Shown: positions 1 through 7,809 of the stretch, one piece after another | Position numbering within the stretch: position 1 is the stretch's first letter | Layout: every line of letters begins with the position of its first letter | DNA from: a virus | Lineage: Duplodnaviria > Caudoviricetes | Virus record (IMG/VR): IMGVR_UViG_3300005332_000012 | Span: 1-24,132 of that record | DNA length: 24,132 nucleotides | Reading direction: 5' to 3' (one strand) | The notes under the pieces: generated by a model | Databases searched by the model: none | The model's input: the letters and a program-made list of their open reading frames with translations, nothing else | Told to the model about the DNA's origin: nothing | Made by a program: the position numbers and the translations under genes

Positions 1-405
1 ATCCCATCCATCCCGCTCCCCTGGACCTCCCGCCGCGCTTCCCTGGCGGCGGGAGAGGCGCCCAGCCGACTCCCCGCGGCCGGAGCGCCCGAGGCCACCG
101 CGAGCGCCTGCCCCCCCTGGCGCCCGGTGGCCTCACCCCCCGCACTGCCCCGGCAGCCCTGGTACACCGAGCACCCGCCGCCCGGCACCCGGCTCCAGGC
201 CGCCCTCAGCGACACCGGCACCTGGGCCGTCCTGCCCGGGGGCGCCTGGGACGGCAGCCACCTCCGGGGGCTTGAGCCGCGCACCGTCCCCGCCAGCGGC
301 GCCGAGGCGCGCGGGCGGCAGACCGGCGCGCAGCCCGCGCTCGTGCGGCCCGGGCGGGCGCGGTTCGACGCATGGCAGGACGCGGCGGCGAGGTGGATCT
401 CATGA
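1..405 (+). CDS. Hypothetical protein, probably 5'-truncated by the window edge
   Basis: Frame is open from base 1 to TGA at 403-405, which overlaps the next ATG (ATGA). An in-window start at GTG 127 is also possible. Confidence 0.5.
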   Translation: MPSIPLPWTSRRASLAAGEAPSRLPAAGAPEATASACPPWRPVASPPALPRQPWYTEHPPPGTRLQAALSDTGTWAVLPGGAWDGSHLRGLEPRTVPASGAEARGRQTGAQPALVRPGRARFDAWQDAAARWIS

Positions 406-842
406 GCGCCGACCTGTACCAGCGCCCCAGCCGCGAGGAGATTGCCGCCCGCGTCAACGGCACCCTGCCGGGCGCGCGCAAGCCGGAGCCGCAGCCCGAC
501 CCGCTCGCCAGCTTCGCCCGCCACCTGAAGGCCAGGATGCGCGCCCTCGGCTGGGACCAGGAGCAGCTAGAGCAGCGCTCTGGCCTGTCCCAGCGCATCG
601 CCGCCCGCGCCATCAACGGCACGTACGTCGACCTTGAGACCGCCGGGAAGATCGCCGCCATCGTCGGCTCCCACCTCGCCGCCATGCTCGGCCCGTACAA
701 GTGCGGCACCTGCAACGGCACGCCCCCGCCCGGGTACGCCTGCCTGGAATGCGGCGCCGAGAAAAGGCCGTCAGCGGACCACTCCGCCGCCCGCGAGCGG
801 CTCGAGCAGGCAACCGCCGAGCGCACCGGGAGGCCAGCATGA
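402..842 (+). CDS. XRE/Cro-like HTH DNA-binding protein with C-terminal zinc ribbon
   Basis: FARHLKARMRALGWDQEQLEQRSGLSQRIAARAING...LETAGKIA fits the XRE HTH pattern, followed by CGTC...CLEC. GAGGTGG lies upstream of ATG 402. Confidence 0.8.
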   Translation: MSADLYQRPSREEIAARVNGTLPGARKPEPQPDPLASFARHLKARMRALGWDQEQLEQRSGLSQRIAARAINGTYVDLETAGKIAAIVGSHLAAMLGPYKCGTCNGTPPPGYACLECGAEKRPSADHSAARERLEQATAERTGRPA

Positions 843-1207
843 CCCTCGTCCTCTACGGCGGCCTCGTCCTCCTCATCGCCGCCGGGCTCATCGCCGGGCT
901 CGACTACCTCCGCGAAGGCCACGAGGTCGACCGCGTCCGCCGCCTCGGCGAAGCCGACAACGCCGCCCGCACCCCCGTCCGGCGCGAGCCCGCCGTCCGC
1001 GAGGACTGGGAACGGCTCGTCGTCAACCCCGACCTGGAGGAGTACTACAGGCGCCGCCTGGAGTCCATCCTCCCCGGCGAGCCGCTCTGCTACTGGTGCT
1101 GGCCCCCCGCCGGCGACCCGGACGCCAAGAAGGCGCTGGTCACCGACTGCGTGTGCCCGGACTGGTGCGACGCCGCCGCGTGCATCGCGGGAGTGCGCCA
1201 TGGGTGA
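839..1207 (+). CDS. Hypothetical membrane-anchored protein with Cys-rich C-terminus
   Basis: ATGA overlap and GGGAGG SD; hydrophobic N-terminus (LVLYGGLVLLIAAGLIAGL); CYWC and CVCPDWC motifs. Confidence 0.7.
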   Translation: MTLVLYGGLVLLIAAGLIAGLDYLREGHEVDRVRRLGEADNAARTPVRREPAVREDWERLVVNPDLEEYYRRRLESILPGEPLCYWCWPPAGDPDAKKALVTDCVCPDWCDAAACIAGVRHG

Positions 1208-1964
1208 TTTCCGCAGGCGCAACTACGGCCGGGGCCACGGGTACACCCTGGACGGCGAGAAGCTGCCAGGGGTAACCACGATCCTCAGCGACGGCCTCGC
1301 CAAGCCCGCGCTCGTCAACTGGGCCGCCAGGACCGTCGCCGGGTACGCCCTGGACAACTGGGACGACCTCGCCGGGATGAAGCCCAGCGAGCGCCTCAAG
1401 GTCCTCGAAGGCGCCCACTACGCCGACCGCGACGCCGCCGGCAAGCGGGGCACCGAGGTCCACAAGCTGGGCCAGAAGCTCATCCACGGCGAGAAGGTCA
1501 CCGTCCCCGACGAGCTGGCCGGGCACGTCGAGAGCTACGTCAGGTTCCTGGACGACTTCGACGTCGAGCCGGTGTTCGTCGAGGCTCCCGTCGTCAACTA
1601 CCAGTGGAAGTACGCCGGGACGATGGACCTCGGCGCGAGGCTCCGCGGCCTCGGCCTCCAGGCCCTCGACCTGAAGACCGCACGCTCCGGCGTGTTCCCC
1701 GACAACGCCCTGCAGCTCGCCGGATACAGGTTCTGCGACCAGTACATGGACGAGGCCGGGGAGATGCGCGACATGCCGAAGTTCGACGGCGCCGCCGTGG
1801 TGCACGTCAGGGCCGACGGCTATTCGCTCGTGCCGGTCGACGCCGGGCCGGACGTGCACAGGTACTTCCTGTACTGCAAGCAGCTCTGGCAGTGGGCGAA
1901 CGAGCGTTCTAAGTCAATCGTCGGCGAGGAGATCCTTCCCTCGCGCGAGGAGGTTCCGTTCTGA
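1200..1964 (+). CDS. PD-(D/E)XK exonuclease (RecE/Cas4-like phage recombination exonuclease)
   Basis: Motifs PGVTTIL, RGTEVH, VE, YAGTMD, DLKT and QLAGY; directly upstream of a RecT-like gene. Confidence 0.88.
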   Translation: MGDFRRRNYGRGHGYTLDGEKLPGVTTILSDGLAKPALVNWAARTVAGYALDNWDDLAGMKPSERLKVLEGAHYADRDAAGKRGTEVHKLGQKLIHGEKVTVPDELAGHVESYVRFLDDFDVEPVFVEAPVVNYQWKYAGTMDLGARLRGLGLQALDLKTARSGVFPDNALQLAGYRFCDQYMDEAGEMRDMPKFDGAAVVHVRADGYSLVPVDAGPDVHRYFLYCKQLWQWANERSKSIVGEEILPSREEVPF

Positions 1965-3007
1965 TGACCGAAGTTGAGGTTTACCGCCCGAAGTCCGAAG
2001 TGGCCGTTCCCGGTGCACAGGACACCGACTCGTGGATCACCGTCGTCCGGGACATCATCAAGATCGCCGAGGTCATCTATGACACGCCGTTCGTCCCCGA
2101 CGGCCTCCGGGGGTCAGCCCCGGCCGTTGCCGCCGCCATGCTGGCCGGCCGTGAAATGGGGCTGGGGATCATGACGAGCCTCGCCAACATCGACGTCATC
2201 CGCGGCAAGCCGTCACAGAAGCCGCTGCTGATGCGCGCGATGATCCAGGCGCAGGGCCACAAGTGGGAGGACGTCGACGTCAGCGATTCCCGCGCCGTGG
2301 TGCGCGGCTGCCGCAAGGGCGAGTCAGCGTGGACCACGGTCTCGTTCACCGCCGACCAGGCCAAGCGCGCCGGGCTGGACCTCGGCAAGTACCCCGCCGA
2401 TAAGCTGTACGCCCGCGCCACGAGCAGGCTTGCCCGGCACAAGTTCGCCGACGTGATCATGGGCATGCCGTACAGCAGCGACGACCTTGAGGACGGCCTG
2501 GACGCCGAGGTCGGCAACGTCGCCAGCGAGCAGCCCGAGGCGTCCGCGACCGACAAGCCCCGCACCGCCCAGCGCCGCACCAAGACCGCCCCGCCCGCGA
2601 ACGCCGCTAGCACGCACGCAGCCGCCACCCCGGCCGCCGGAGAGCAGCGGACGGACGCGGGCGGGGCACTGCCCCCGCTGCCAGGCGAGGACGAGCCGCC
2701 GCTGGACACCGACTACGACTCGCCCGGCACCGCCACGCAGCCGCAGCTCACCCGCATCTGGGCCACGCTCACCAGCGACTACGAGTTCGCCCGCGACGAC
2801 AAGGACGCCGCCCGCGGGCTGTGCGCCCAGATCGTCAGCCGCCCGCTGGCCTCGTCGAAGGAGCTGTCGTTCAAGGAGGCCGGGATCGTCATCGACACCC
2901 TCGCCAACTGGATCGCGACCGCGCAGGCGAAGGGCGAGCACCCGCGGGCGCTGATGACGGAAGTGCTGTCGGGCGGCGTGACGGTCGAGGAGGTGCCCGG
3001 TGAGTGA
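1964..3007 (+). CDS. RecT-like single-strand DNA annealing protein
   Basis: GREMGLGIMTSLANIDVIRGKP...FTADQAKRAGL...YPADKLYARATSRLARHKFADVIMG resembles actinophage RecT-like cores, followed by a disordered linker and a helical C-terminal domain. Coupled to the exonuclease by TGATG with a GAGGAGG SD. Confidence 0.8.
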   Translation: MTEVEVYRPKSEVAVPGAQDTDSWITVVRDIIKIAEVIYDTPFVPDGLRGSAPAVAAAMLAGREMGLGIMTSLANIDVIRGKPSQKPLLMRAMIQAQGHKWEDVDVSDSRAVVRGCRKGESAWTTVSFTADQAKRAGLDLGKYPADKLYARATSRLARHKFADVIMGMPYSSDDLEDGLDAEVGNVASEQPEASATDKPRTAQRRTKTAPPANAASTHAAATPAAGEQRTDAGGALPPLPGEDEPPLDTDYDSPGTATQPQLTRIWATLTSDYEFARDDKDAARGLCAQIVSRPLASSKELSFKEAGIVIDTLANWIATAQAKGEHPRALMTEVLSGGVTVEEVPGE

Positions 3008-3668
3008 GCCTGTCACGATCGGCATGGCCACGGAGCTGCACGGCTACGACGTCGAGGTGCTGCGCCACCAGAACGGCGCGGTCGTGCTGGACATGGAGGA
3101 GTGCGTCCGGGTCTTCGCCCCCGAGCATGCCGCGGTGCTGGCCGAGCTTGTCCAGCGCGCCGCCATGCCGGGGCAGGGCGCTGACGGCGAGCCGCCCGCC
3201 ACCGACGCCCCCGGCCCGCTGCCCGCCGTGGACGTCACCGGCCCGTTCACCGGCATCCACGGCGCCACCCTGTGGCTCGGCGCCGACCACGACGCCGTCG
3301 TCGTCGCCGAGCGGACGCTGGAGCTGCCCGAGGCCCGCAGGTTCCACGCCGCGCTCGGCGCCGAGATCACCCGCCGGGAGGCGTGGAAGGCCGCGCACGA
3401 CGCGGAGGAGGCGGCCGACGAGGACGGCTGCGGGGACGGCGCGCCAGTCCTGTGCCAGGCGCACGGCGGCGAGTACGGCCCGGCCGACTGCGACGAGTGC
3501 CACCGCGAGCGGACCACGCAGCAGGGCCATGCGCTCTACCACGAGCAGCACTGCCGGTGCGGCCACAAGAAGGGCGTGCACGCTGGCCGGGACGCCACCG
3601 GCCGGTGCGTGCTACGCCGCTGCGGCTGCGGCATGTTCGAGGCGGCCACGGAGGCGCGCAGTGAGTGA
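3000..3668 (+). CDS. Hypothetical protein with Cys/His-rich C-terminus
   Basis: GAGGAGG SD, high GC3; CQAH...CDEC and CRCGH...H...C...CGC motifs. Confidence 0.7.
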   Translation: MSEPVTIGMATELHGYDVEVLRHQNGAVVLDMEECVRVFAPEHAAVLAELVQRAAMPGQGADGEPPATDAPGPLPAVDVTGPFTGIHGATLWLGADHDAVVVAERTLELPEARRFHAALGAEITRREAWKAAHDAEEAADEDGCGDGAPVLCQAHGGEYGPADCDECHRERTTQQGHALYHEQHCRCGHKKGVHAGRDATGRCVLRRCGCGMFEAATEARSE

Positions 3669-3900
3669 CGTGCACGTCCGGCTAGCCGACCCCGAAGGCC
3701 AGCTCCTCGCCGAGATCGCCGACCCCGCAACGACCGCCCGCAGCCTCGTGCTGACGTACGCGTTCGCGCTGCTCGACCAGGACAGGGTCGACTGGCCGAA
3801 GGTCAACCGGGCCATCATCGGCCGCTGGTCGCCCGCCGCCCTGGACCGCATCAAGCGGGATGCGTGGCGCAGGGTCGAGCGGAAGGCGGCAGGACAGTGA
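3661..3900 (+). CDS. Hypothetical protein (79 aa)
   Basis: GGAGG SD before GTG 3661; it is the 3' part of track ORF 3004..3900 and has typical codon usage. Confidence 0.7.
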   Translation: MSDVHVRLADPEGQLLAEIADPATTARSLVLTYAFALLDQDRVDWPKVNRAIIGRWSPAALDRIKRDAWRRVERKAAGQ

Positions 3901-4136
3901 CCAGGCTCATCCACGGCACCCGCCCCACCTCGCAAGGCCCCGCCCACGGCAACGGCCGCCCGCCGCAGAAGTCCACCGCCGGCTACCACGGCAACCCCCT
4001 CTGGCCTGGCATCACCTGGGGGTTCACTGCCCGGTGCTCGTGCACGTGGGCGCCACGCGCGGGCGAGTACCAGGTCAAGGTCCGCGACCGCGCCTGCAGC
4101 GTCCACGGCGGGTACCAGGGGGCGGGCCGTGGGTGA
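3897..4136 (+). CDS. Hypothetical protein (79 aa), CxC...CxxH
   Basis: GTGA overlap with the upstream stop; fills the gap to the methylase; high GC3. Confidence 0.65.
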   Translation: MTRLIHGTRPTSQGPAHGNGRPPQKSTAGYHGNPLWPGITWGFTARCSCTWAPRAGEYQVKVRDRACSVHGGYQGAGRG

Positions 4137-4773
4137 GCGTCCCGTCCTTCTCGACCTGTTCTGCGGGGCAGGGGGCGCGGCCATGGGATATCACCGCGCC
4201 GGGTTCGACGTGGTCGGCGTCGACGTGAAGCCTCAGCCGCGCTACCCGTTCAAGTTCGTCCAGGCGGACGCGATGACGTACCCGCTGGACGGGTTCGACG
4301 CCATCCACGCGTCGCCGCCATGCCAGGACCATTCGCGCAGCTTTAAGCCAGTTGCGCACGGCACTGGCTGGATGCTCGCCGCGACCCGCGGGCGACTGGA
4401 GGCGGCTGGCGTCCCGTGGGTGATCGAGAACGTTCCCGGTGCGCCCATGCGGGCAGACCTGAAGCTCTGCGGCTGCATGTTCGGCCTTGGCGCCGCTGGG
4501 CTCCAGCTGATACGCGAGCGCTGGTTCGAGTGCTCATGGCGGCCGTTTGAGATGCGGGCACCCTGCTATCACGCCAGCCGGGCGATCACCATCACGGGGA
4601 CCGGTCCTGGCGTCTCGCACTCACTGGCGAAGTTCAGCACCGTCGACTGCCGGGTCGCCATGGACACGGACTGGATGACCTACGAGGAGATGTCACAGGC
4701 CATCCCGCCCGCCTACACCGAGCACATCGGCCGCGCGCTGATGGAGCACCTGACGGCGGTGAGCCATGGCTGA
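4129..4773 (+). CDS. DNA (cytosine-5) methyltransferase, short phage type
   Basis: Motif I DLFCGAGG, catalytic motif IV SPPCQ, motif VI ENV, RxR in IRERWFE, and motif X-like SQAIPP. Confidence 0.9.
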   Translation: MGERPVLLDLFCGAGGAAMGYHRAGFDVVGVDVKPQPRYPFKFVQADAMTYPLDGFDAIHASPPCQDHSRSFKPVAHGTGWMLAATRGRLEAAGVPWVIENVPGAPMRADLKLCGCMFGLGAAGLQLIRERWFECSWRPFEMRAPCYHASRAITITGTGPGVSHSLAKFSTVDCRVAMDTDWMTYEEMSQAIPPAYTEHIGRALMEHLTAVSHG

Positions 4774-4975
4774 GCGCCGCTCCCTGCCCCGCGAGCACGG
4801 CACCCCCCGCGGCTACAACCAGCACCGCCGCCGCGGCGAGCCGGAATGCCCCGAATGCCATGAGGCGTGGAACGCCGACCGGCGCGCCCGCACCGCCAGC
4901 ATCAAGGCCGAGCAGGCCGCACGCCGCGCGCGATGGCGGGCGCAGGACGACCTGAAGGCGGCGGCCCATGGCTAG
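4766..4975 (+). CDS. Small zinc-binding, putative DNA-binding protein
   Basis: HGTPRGYNQHRRRGEPECPEC matches the HGT-x-Y-x-H-x-GE-x-CxxC motif common in actinophage small proteins, followed by a basic helix. Confidence 0.75.
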   Translation: MAERRSLPREHGTPRGYNQHRRRGEPECPECHEAWNADRRARTASIKAEQAARRARWRAQDDLKAAAHG

Positions 4976-5078
4976 CGGCATCTCCTGGGCCTGCTGGCAC
5001 GACTGGTGCGACGACTGCCAGGACGGCGACAACGGCTGCACCTGCGGCTGCCACGAGGAGGACGACGGCGATGCCTAG
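4968..5078 (+). CDS. 36-aa Cys-rich acidic microprotein (absent from the ORF track)
   Basis: Translated by hand: MASGISWACWHDWCDDCQDGDNGCTCGCHEEDDGDA. 8-nt overlaps with both neighbours. Confidence 0.65.
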   Translation: MASGISWACWHDWCDDCQDGDNGCTCGCHEEDDGDA

Positions 5079-5283
5079 CGGCAAGGACTGGCAGCGCCAG
5101 GTCCGCAAGGCGCAGGCCGCGCTGAGGGCACGGCAGCGCATCGCACGGCAGCAGTGGCAGCGGGCCCCCGCGTCACCCGGCGCGGGCATGACGCGGCTCA
5201 TGCCGCCGCAGCGAGACGACGAGGAGGGGGCCATGACGTGCGACTGCCTGGGCGGCGACGACAGCATCGCGAGCGACAAGTGA
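5071..5283 (+). CDS. Hypothetical basic protein (70 aa)
   Basis: GAGGAGG upstream of ATG 5071; ends in a GTGA overlap. Confidence 0.6.
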   Translation: MPSGKDWQRQVRKAQAALRARQRIARQQWQRAPASPGAGMTRLMPPQRDDEEGAMTCDCLGGDDSIASDK

Positions 5284-5444
5284 AGATCGTCGACCTGTTC
5301 GGATGGCGGCCAAAGCGCCCGGCCGACGTCGAGCCGATCGCGCCAGTCGCGAATCCGTTCGGCAAGTGGCGATGGTGCCGCCCGTGCGACGTCAAGTGGC
5401 TCGGGGAGCCGGAGTGCTGGTGCTGCGGGCAGGTGATCGCGTGA
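5280..5444 (+). CDS. Small zinc-ribbon protein (54 aa)
   Basis: GTGA overlaps at both ends; CRPC...CWCCG. Confidence 0.65.
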   Translation: MKIVDLFGWRPKRPADVEPIAPVANPFGKWRWCRPCDVKWLGEPECWCCGQVIA

Positions 5445-6373
5445 GCCTCCACGACCAGATGCGCGACTACCTCGAGGCCGGGACGAAGGCCGCTGAGGAC
5501 AAGGTGCAGGGCATCGCCACCAGCTATGCCGGCACCATGTTCCGGTCCCGGCTCGAGGCCGGGTGGGCATCCACGCTGGACGGCTACGGCATCCGGTGGG
5601 AATACGAGCCGGAACTGGTCACGCTCGGCTCCGGTGCCCGCTACCTGCCCGACTTCCGGCTGCCCGAGCTGGCCACCGTCATCGAGGTCAAGGGGCCGCA
5701 CATGCAGCGCCTAGACAAGACCGCCGAGTACGCCCGTGAGATGGCCCCCGGCGTCCTGGTGCTCATCGGTTACCCGCCGCAGTTCCGCCGCCTCGTGGAA
5801 TGGGCTGGCACGCCGCTCATGCAGTGGGGCAGCCCGCTGGCGGTGATGACGGCATTCACGACGTGCACGGCGTGCGGCGCCTACCAGTGGTGCGCGCCGC
5901 GCTACTCGATGGACTGCCGGAATTGCGGGCGACGACTTGACGGGCACTTCGCCGGGTGCGGCGAGATGCGCTTCGAGCAATGGCAGGACGAGGGCGAGAC
6001 ATTCGAGTCAATTCTCGCGAAAGGCGGAGCGGGGTTAAATGCCATGGTTCCGCGTGGACGACGGCTTCCATTCCCACCCCAAGGCGCTAGCGACATCCCT
6101 GGCAGCAAGGGGCTTGTGGGTGACCGCCGGCTCGTGGTCGAGCGCCCATCTCACCGATGGGGTCGTGCCAGACAACGTGCTCGCGTCACTCGGCGGCTCC
6201 CCAGAGCTTGCGGCCGAGCTAGTCGCTGCGGGCCTATGGAAGCGTCGCCGCAACGGATGGCAGTTCCACGAGTGGGAGAAGAAAAACCCGACGAAAGAGG
6301 CTGTGGAAAACGACCGCAAGGCAGCGGCCGAACGACAGAGACGCAGGCGAGATGCCATGTCGTCACGGCGTGA
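5441..6373 (+). CDS. PD-(D/E)XK endonuclease (T7 endonuclease I / resolvase-like) with zinc ribbon; 3' end uncertain, domain content ends near 6035
   Basis: FRSRLEA-W...WEYEP...YLPDF...IEVKG is the classic signature, followed by CTAC...CRNC. The ORF then runs 335 nt into the next gene. Confidence 0.8.
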   Translation: MSLHDQMRDYLEAGTKAAEDKVQGIATSYAGTMFRSRLEAGWASTLDGYGIRWEYEPELVTLGSGARYLPDFRLPELATVIEVKGPHMQRLDKTAEYAREMAPGVLVLIGYPPQFRRLVEWAGTPLMQWGSPLAVMTAFTTCTACGAYQWCAPRYSMDCRNCGRRLDGHFAGCGEMRFEQWQDEGETFESILAKGGAGLNAMVPRGRRLPFPPQGASDIPGSKGLVGDRRLVVERPSHRWGRARQRARVTRRLPRACGRASRCGPMEASPQRMAVPRVGEEKPDERGCGKRPQGSGRTTETQARCHVVTA

Positions 6374-6620
6374 CACAGCCGTGAGTAACGGCGTGAGTCA
6401 CACGACCCCGACCCGAAGGGTCGGGAGGACTGAAAGTCCTCCTCCCGACCCTTCCCCCGGCGCAGCCAGCCGAGCGATCCCTGCGGGCTCGCCCGACCGC
6501 GCCGGACGGCCCCCATGGTGCGGCGAGTGCGACGAGCGAACGCGCCTGACCGGCGACGCCGACGCGCCCAGCCGCTGCCACCGCTGCCACCCCATGGCCC
6601 AGGCCGCGGCGGTGACCTGA
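6039..6620 (+). CDS. Putative phage replication initiator
   Basis: N-terminus MPWFRVDDGFHSHPK...GLWV...TDGVVP...LVAAGLW...WQFHEW, then a basic AERQRRRR helix, internal DNA repeats and a C-terminal CGEC...CHRCHP. This architecture is typical of actinophage lambda-O-like initiators. Confidence 0.75.
   Translation: MPWFRVDDGFHSHPKALATSLAARGLWVTAGSWSSAHLTDGVVPDNVLASLGGSPELAAELVAAGLWKRRRNGWQFHEWEKKNPTKEAVENDRKAAAERQRRRRDAMSSRRDTAVSNGVSHTTPTRRVGRTESPPPDPSPGAASRAIPAGSPDRAGRPPWCGECDERTRLTGDADAPSRCHRCHPMAQAAAVT
6362..6454. repeat. Iteron-like tandem repeats plus overlapping inverted repeats (candidate replication origin)
   Basis: GTCACGGCGTGAC, ACAGCCGTGAG and TAACGGCGTGAG in tandem (6362-6397); 8-bp IR at 6407-6425; perfect 15-bp IR at 6415-6429 / 6440-6454. 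Confidence 0.7.
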
Positions 6621-6621
6621 C

Positions 6622-6903
6622 ATGACGGCCATCCCCGCAGTCCTCGGCTGCTTCCGCTGCGCAGGCGATGACCACTGGGCCGACGCCTGCCCCACGCTGA
6701 TCCCGCCGCAATCAAAAGCCGAGCACGCCAGGCGCGTGCAGCAATACGTCGAATGGTTCTGGGACCACCGGATAGACGCGCACATGAAGCGCAAATTGAT
6801 AGAGCACGAGAACGCCATGGAGAAAGACCGGCTAAAGGAGGAAGCGAAATGTACGGCGACAGCAAGAACTACGGCACCGCCACCGGCGCCGACGGCCCGG
6901 TGA
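6622..6903 (+). CDS. CCHC zinc-knuckle protein
   Basis: CFRCAGDDHWADAC is an exact C-X2-C-X4-H-X4-C; starts 1 nt after the initiator stop. Confidence 0.75.
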   Translation: MTAIPAVLGCFRCAGDDHWADACPTLIPPQSKAEHARRVQQYVEWFWDHRIDAHMKRKLIEHENAMEKDRLKEEAKCTATARTTAPPPAPTAR

Positions 6904-6962
6904 CCAGCACCCTGTGGGACCGGCTCCTGGCCGCGGCGCCATCGCTGGACGGCCGGCGGTGA
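6849..6962 (+). CDS. Small hypothetical protein (37 aa)
   Basis: Strong AAGGAGG SD before ATG 6849; its stop forms GTGA with the next gene; overlaps the upstream ORF by 55 nt. Confidence 0.55.
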   Translation: MYGDSKNYGTATGADGPVTSTLWDRLLAAAPSLDGRR

Positions 6963-7624
6963 GCGAGATGCACCCGGAGGCGCCGCTAGGCTCGCCGCCC
7001 GCGACGGAGCCGGGCCAGGCGACGTACGAGGCCTGGGCTGCCGCCCTGGACGCCCGGGGCGTCGGGTGCGACGTCTGGTACGACCAGGACGGCGATGAGC
7101 AGGCCGCGTGGGCCGCTGTTGAGGCGGAGCGGGGCGCCCAACTCGCCGCCGTCACCGCCGAGCGGGACAAGCTCGCCGCCGAGCTGCGCGGCGTGCACGG
7201 CGAGCTGACGGCAAGCGGGATCAAGGGCGACCCGGAGAACCACTGGGCGCCGCTGCTGATCGCCCAGCTCAGGCGCGAGCGTGACGCCGCACGCAAGGCG
7301 TACGCCACCCTCCGCGCCGCGTTCACCCAGGGCGCCCAGACGGGCTGGTCGGCGCGCGTGTCCGGCACGGTGCTGCACAGGCTGGACGTCCTGGCCATGC
7401 ACGAGCCGGGCGCGGCGACGGCCTGCTGCGACCTGCACGGCCGGAACTGCGAACCGGAGGAGCCGTGCTGCGAGCGGTGCACTGAAGTCCGGCACGCCGG
7501 GTGGAGGGATGAGGCGGGAGTCCTGCGCTACGGCCACCCGCGCGGCGAGGTGTGCTCGGCACCAGACTTGTCCGTGCTGGCCGCGCCGCAGCCGGGCGGC
7601 AGCGGGCAGGAGGCGGGCCAGTGA
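6959..7624 (+). CDS. Hypothetical coiled-coil protein with Cys/His cluster
   Basis: GTGA overlap; coiled segment AVTAERDKLAAEL; CCDLHGRNCEPEEPCCERCTE-H motif. Confidence 0.7.
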   Translation: MSEMHPEAPLGSPPATEPGQATYEAWAAALDARGVGCDVWYDQDGDEQAAWAAVEAERGAQLAAVTAERDKLAAELRGVHGELTASGIKGDPENHWAPLLIAQLRRERDAARKAYATLRAAFTQGAQTGWSARVSGTVLHRLDVLAMHEPGAATACCDLHGRNCEPEEPCCERCTEVRHAGWRDEAGVLRYGHPRGEVCSAPDLSVLAAPQPGGSGQEAGQ

Positions 7625-7809
7625 CCCCCGCCGAACTCGCCGACCACTGGGACCAGGAAGCCCGCACCGCCAACGCGAGCGCCGAGAACACTCGCAGCCT
7701 CAGCCTCTACGAGCGCGAGCATGAGCGTGCCCGCACGCTCGGCCAGTGCGCCATGCAGCTGCGGCTCGTGATCGGCGCCAGCACCCGCGCCGGGCTGGGC
7801 GGCTCGTGA
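7621..7809 (+). CDS. Hypothetical protein (62 aa)
   Basis: AGGAGG SD and GTGA overlap. Confidence 0.65.
   Translation: MTPAELADHWDQEARTANASAENTRSLSLYEREHERARTLGQCAMQLRLVIGASTRAGLGGS

Noticed and set aside
1200-1964. Cas4-like nuclease as evidence of a CRISPR-Cas system
   Set aside because: No repeat-spacer array or other cas genes, no four-Cys Fe-S pattern, and it is paired with a RecT-like gene, so it is a recombination exonuclease.
6280-6286. A-run (G AAA AAC) in the initiator gene as a slippery site
   Set aside because: The first triplet is not homopolymeric in the coding phase, and the conserved initiator sequence continues in frame.
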